From an uncultured Eubacteriales bacterium (GTDB taxonomy: Bacteria; Acidobacteriota; Aminicenantia; Aminicenantales; Aminicenantaceae), in the NCBI GenBank assembly GCA_964645765.1, contig CAZYBE010000001.1, positions 7,456 to 71,455 of the forward strand: a DNA stretch of 64,000 nt, in the 5' to 3' direction. A program made the translations under genes and the position numbers. A model generated the notes under the pieces. That model saw nothing but the letters and a program-made list of their open reading frames with translations, did no database searches and was not told the DNA's origin. How positions within the stretch are numbered: the stretch's first letter is position 1; each line of letters begins with the position of its first letter. Below, one piece after another: positions 59,124-64,000 of the stretch.

Positions 59124-59597
59124 ATGCCATACTTGATCGACGGCAATAACTTGATGGGGCATATCTTCCCCCACAATTTCAGGGAAAAGCAAAGCAAATA
59201 CAACCTGATCCATGACCTATTGATTTTTCAGCAACGAAAAAGGACAAGGGTTTTTGTTGTTTTTGACGGAGCTGCTGAGCCGGACCTGGAGAAATTTCAG
59301 AAAAAAGAGTTTTCAATCATCAATCCTCCTTTGGGCCAGAAAGCTGATGGAATCATTAAAGAAATCATTTCCCGCGAGACAGACCTAAGAAGATTCTTCG
59401 TCGTCAGCTCGGACCGGGAGATTAAAAGATTTGCCAGGTCAAAAGGAGCCAAAGCTTTGAGCTCGAAAGAGTTTAACCGTGAGCTCAAAACGGCCTTGAA
59501 GCAAAACATGAGGTTCCAGGAATTCCAGAAAGAAGTCTCAGAGCTTTCTCCCCTCGAGATAGACCATTGGCTCATGATTTTTAAAAACAGAAAATGA
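59124..59597 (+). CDS. NYN-domain (YacP-like) predicted RNA-binding/ribonuclease protein
   Basis: 'MPYLIDGNNLMG...VFVVFDG...FVVSSDREI' matches the YacP/Rae1-like NYN pattern. Confidence 0.7.
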   Translation: MPYLIDGNNLMGHIFPHNFREKQSKYNLIHDLLIFQQRKRTRVFVVFDGAAEPDLEKFQKKEFSIINPPLGQKADGIIKEIISRETDLRRFFVVSSDREIKRFARSKGAKALSSKEFNRELKTALKQNMRFQEFQKEVSELSPLEIDHWLMIFKNRK

Positions 59598-60463
59598 ACA
59601 ATATCTCTATAATCGGCGCCGGGAGGCTGGGGACATCGCTGGCCTCTGCACTTGGAAAGAAAGGATACAGCATAAAAGCACTCTCTTGCAAAAAAAGTTC
59701 TTCGGCAAAAGAGAGCCAAAAAATCGTCGGAAAAGGCAAGGCTCTGACCGATAATGTCCGAGCGGCAAGGCTCGGAGATTTAGTCTTTCTGTGTCTGCCG
59801 GATGAAGAGATTGAGAAAGTCGCCGCGCAACTGGCAAAGTCTAATATCGATTGGTCGAAAAAGCTTGTCTTCCACTGTTCAGGTCTCCTTCCTTCAAAAA
59901 TCCTCAAGCCCTTAAAGGACAAGGGAGCCTTGATAGCTTCCTTCCATCCTGTCCAGTCCTTTGCCCAAAAAAAAACCGAGCCGGCAGACTTCAAGAGCGT
60001 CTATTTTGGACTCGAGGGATGCAGCAAGGCTCTGACTTCGGCTCGAAAGATTGTACGGAAGCTCGGCGGTCATCCTTTCATTCTCAAGGCGAAAGACAAA
60101 GCCATTTACCATTCAGCCTGCAGCATAGCCTCCAACTTTCTGGTTGTGCTTTTAGATATGGCCGTCTCCTTGCTCAAGCAAACAGGCTTGAATGAAGAAA
60201 AAGCCTTCCAAGTCCTTCTGCCCTTAGTTCAAGGGACTTTACACAATGTAAAAAAATTTAACATGGGCACGTCTCTGACCGGCCCTGTCATCAGAGGAGA
60301 CCAGAAAACTGTAAACAGCCATCTTAAAGCTCTCCGTGCTTTTCCTTCCTATCCTGAAACATACCGGAAGCTGGCTGAGCAGGCCTTGGAAATAGCAAGA
60401 AGAGAAAAAAGATTGTCTTCGCAAAAAATCAGGGCAATGAAAGCCCTGCTCCAAGAAAGATAA
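59594..60463 (+). CDS. Rossmann-fold NAD(P)-binding protein (DUF2520/ProC-like)
   Basis: 'ISIIGAGRLGTSLASAL' dinucleotide-binding motif; ATGA overlap with the upstream gene. Confidence 0.6.
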   Translation: MNNISIIGAGRLGTSLASALGKKGYSIKALSCKKSSSAKESQKIVGKGKALTDNVRAARLGDLVFLCLPDEEIEKVAAQLAKSNIDWSKKLVFHCSGLLPSKILKPLKDKGALIASFHPVQSFAQKKTEPADFKSVYFGLEGCSKALTSARKIVRKLGGHPFILKAKDKAIYHSACSIASNFLVVLLDMAVSLLKQTGLNEEKAFQVLLPLVQGTLHNVKKFNMGTSLTGPVIRGDQKTVNSHLKALRAFPSYPETYRKLAEQALEIARREKRLSSQKIRAMKALLQER

Positions 60464-61373
60464 CCTCCTCTTCAAGCTCGATGCCGAACTCTTCCTTCAC
60501 CCGCCTCTTGAGTTCCTGGGCAAGGCGGCGAACATCCTGGGCTGAAGCATTCCCTTGGTTAATGATGAAATTCGCGTGGCCCGGATAGACAAGCGCTCCT
60601 CCTACCCGCATATTCTTCGCACCAACTTTTTCCAGATAATAGCCAGCAGGAACTTTCTTTCCGTCCGGAAGGACGACGTTCTTGAAATAGCTCCCGGCAT
60701 AGGCTGTCCCTTCTGGGGGATGCTTTTCCCTGCGAACTTCCAAATTGCCCTCAACCTTCGCTTTTATCTTCTCTCTTTCCCCTTCATCAAGCTCAAAAAC
60801 AGCCTGCAAGAGGATTTCATGCCTTTTCTTGAGAATGCTCTGGCGGTAACCGAACTCGAAATAATCTCTTTTGACTCTGACCTGCTCACCTTTTTGATTG
60901 AGAAGCAGAGCTTCTTTTAAAAAATCCCCGATGCTTTGGTCGAAGGCGCCAGCATTGCCAAAGACAGCCCCGCCGATTGTCCCTGGAATTCCCGCTAAAA
61001 ATTCAAACCCGGTTAGCTCTTCTTTTATCGAAAGTTGAAGCACATCACTCAAAAAGCAGCCAGAGAAAGTTTCTATCTCTGTTTTACGCCTGAGTTCCTT
61101 TCCGGCTACCGCGTTTTTTACAATCAGGCCAGGGAATCCATCATCATCGAACAAAAGGTTATTCCCCCCTCCGATAAGAAAATAAGGCATGGAGGTCGAG
61201 CGCGCCAAAAGAATCGAGGCCACAAGTTCCTGGATTATTGAAGCTTCAAAAAAATAGTCGGCTTTGCCGCCGATTCTAAAGTTTGAATGATCCTTAAGAG
61301 ATACAGATTCTTCTAAGGGCTTGCCAATCTTATCCAGAAAAACAGCGGGAAAATCTGCTCTTCTGTCAGCCAT
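60429..61373 (-). CDS. murB: UDP-N-acetylenolpyruvoylglucosamine reductase
   Basis: FAD-binding 'FRIGGKADYF...LIGGGNNLL' and the C-terminal MurB domain. Confidence 0.9.
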   Translation of the reverse strand: MADRRADFPAVFLDKIGKPLEESVSLKDHSNFRIGGKADYFFEASIIQELVASILLARSTSMPYFLIGGGNNLLFDDDGFPGLIVKNAVAGKELRRKTEIETFSGCFLSDVLQLSIKEELTGFEFLAGIPGTIGGAVFGNAGAFDQSIGDFLKEALLLNQKGEQVRVKRDYFEFGYRQSILKKRHEILLQAVFELDEGEREKIKAKVEGNLEVRREKHPPEGTAYAGSYFKNVVLPDGKKVPAGYYLEKVGAKNMRVGGALVYPGHANFIINQGNASAQDVRRLAQELKRRVKEEFGIELEEEVIFLGAGLSLP

Positions 61374-61425
61374 TTGTATTATTCTATATGACCTTCACCT
61401 AAATTTCCAAATATTCTCTATTTAA

Positions 61426-61611
61426 GGGGAAGATCCTAAATTCCGTGATAATCATAAAATTGCAGCGGGGGTCCTGGCACGGCGTGCTCCCCGTCCGTCC
61501 TCGCTGCACCCATCCCCCCGTGGGGAACCCCTGCAGCTGCGGGCGTTGCGGGGAGCACGCCGCGCCACCCCAATGCTGGTCATTGGCTATCACGGAATTT
61601 AGGATGCTATC
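61426..61611. mobile_element. Family-1 (B-subtype) MITE-like element flanked by an 8-bp target-site duplication CTATTTAA
   Basis: Imperfect TIRs of about 25 bp (ggggaagatcctaaattccgtgata / tatcacggaatttaggatgctatcc). Direct repeats CTATTTAA lie at 61418-61425 and 61612-61619. The GC-rich, highly self-complementary interior has no ORF. Confidence 0.75.
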
Positions 61612-61752
61612 CTATTTAAACATGAATAAGATCTTGGCATATTTTTTGCTTGCTAGATTTATGAGTTTAGATTTTTGGCTTCTTGAATCTCTGATATTGA
61701 CATTTTTTTCAGAGAAGGCTATTATGCAAAAAATTTCATGCGAGGTCTAAGA

Positions 61753-62943
61753 ATGAAAAAAACGGGGCTGATAGCTTTAGCATTAATCCTTTTTATTTCT
61801 TATCTACCGGCTCAAACCGAGACTGCCAATGAAGATTACGTCAAAGCGATGACAACCGCAGACCGGGCTCAGAGGGCTAATCTTCTCAGAGAGTATCTGA
61901 CGAAATATGCCGGGAAAGGAACCCAGTACGAGAATTATGCCAACGGCAATCTCTGCCTCCTTGCTTATCAAGGAAAGACAGCCGAAGAAACCATAAATTA
62001 TGGCGAAAAGGCTCTGGCTATGGGCGGCCTGGATGACCTCATTAAGTGTCAAATTTTAATCACTCTTTCAGGAATTTACGGCGAGCGCGGACAGAACTTG
62101 GAAAAAGCGAAAAGCTATGCTTCCCAAGCTGCGGAGATCGCAAAGGCCAGCAGAGGCAAAGAATCTGAAGAGACAGGTCGGGCTTCATGGGAAAAGCTTT
62201 TAGGCTATGCTTACTTTGCCCAGGGACAGGCCTTTGACAAGGCTAAGGACGCTAAAAGCGCCGTAGGCCCCTACATAGAGTCCTACAAAATCTTGAATGA
62301 CAAGCAAATCTTGATTAATCTGAAAAAAGTGGGAAAGACGCTCTATGAATTCAAGTTTTACAATGAAGCGGAAAAAGCTTTTGCAATTGTGGCCGAGGTT
62401 TTTAAGGATTTTGAAAGTTACAGCCTCTACGCCAGGATCCTTCACCGGACAGGGAAGAAAAATGAAGCTCTCAAGTACTATAAAATGGCCTATATGAAAC
62501 AGAAGAGCGGGGAAACTGCCTTTAACATCGGAATCATCGAAGCTGAAAACGCCAAATCAAACCCTGCACTCGCTCAGGAGGCCCTCCATTATTTTCTCGA
62601 TGCCAGCTTATTATCGGCTGCCCATTCGCAAAAAGCGATGGGACTCGCCGAAGACCTTTTCTTCAACACCTTAAACAAAGACCTCAAATACAATGAAAAA
62701 GCCAAAGAACTCCAGGAAAGAACCGCAAAACTGGAAGAGCTCACCAAAGCCTTTAACGAAAAATTCGGGGAAAAGAACGAAGAGGACTTGACAGAAGCAG
62801 AAAAAAAGGAGATGCAGAATCTGAACGCTCAGATTGAATCCGAAAAAAAGGCCATCCAAAAACTCGGTGATGAGCAGAAGCTCGCTCTGGACAAGTGGAA
62901 TGTCCAGATCGAAGAGGCAAAGAAAAGATTAGGCATCAAATAG
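61753..62943 (+). CDS. Secreted TPR-like / coiled-coil hypothetical protein
   Basis: Signal peptide 'MKKTGLIALALILFISYLPAQ' and a C-terminal Lys/Glu-rich coiled coil. Confidence 0.5.
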   Translation: MKKTGLIALALILFISYLPAQTETANEDYVKAMTTADRAQRANLLREYLTKYAGKGTQYENYANGNLCLLAYQGKTAEETINYGEKALAMGGLDDLIKCQILITLSGIYGERGQNLEKAKSYASQAAEIAKASRGKESEETGRASWEKLLGYAYFAQGQAFDKAKDAKSAVGPYIESYKILNDKQILINLKKVGKTLYEFKFYNEAEKAFAIVAEVFKDFESYSLYARILHRTGKKNEALKYYKMAYMKQKSGETAFNIGIIEAENAKSNPALAQEALHYFLDASLLSAAHSQKAMGLAEDLFFNTLNKDLKYNEKAKELQERTAKLEELTKAFNEKFGEKNEEDLTEAEKKEMQNLNAQIESEKKAIQKLGDEQKLALDKWNVQIEEAKKRLGIK

Positions 62944-62970
62944 AGTCAAGCTGCCCTCCCCTCCATTTGA

Positions 62971-64000
<1,030 letters not shown>

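Overview
This window is a 64-kb bacterial chromosomal segment, coding on both strands, with about 50% GC and roughly 88% coding. Gene content points to a Gram-negative, probably anaerobic, uncultured-type lineage: eukaryotic-type citrate synthase, GTP-PEPCK, LolA/TolC and a PerR-catalase pair. The housekeeping backbone includes tatA, a ROK kinase, the rpsB-tsf-pyrH-frr and rplM-rpsI operons, der, murA/murB, a ligA 5' end, tmRNA, tRNA-Leu(CAG) and tRNA-Asp(GTC). Transport and stress genes include a TetR-TolC-MFP-RND efflux operon, DASS and SSS transporters, HtpX/LemA, SPFH, an ECF sigma/anti-sigma module and S8 and aspartic proteases. The most unusual feature is an exceptionally dense set of structured intergenic repeats. 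Family 1 is MITE-like with inverted termini and a conserved hairpin core; it has at least 6 full or near-full copies plus 3 terminal remnants, and one copy is flanked by an 8-bp target-site duplication. Family 2 is UUCG-capped hairpin elements sitting inside operons. Family 3 is a single 182-bp palindromic element. Several copies show compensatory base changes that preserve stems, which implies selection on DNA or RNA structure. Accessory and decayed genes include a class-II Fic protein with an operator-like TTGACTTA array, followed by a 5' remnant of an MmeI-like type IIG restriction-modification gene; a second Fic 3' remnant; an eRF1/Pelota-like protein with a zinc ribbon; and a hom / unknown-enzyme / SDR / cupin / aminotransferase / gamma-PLP cluster that may be an unconventional sulfur-amino-acid pathway. 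No CRISPR array, rRNA or intact transposase was seen.
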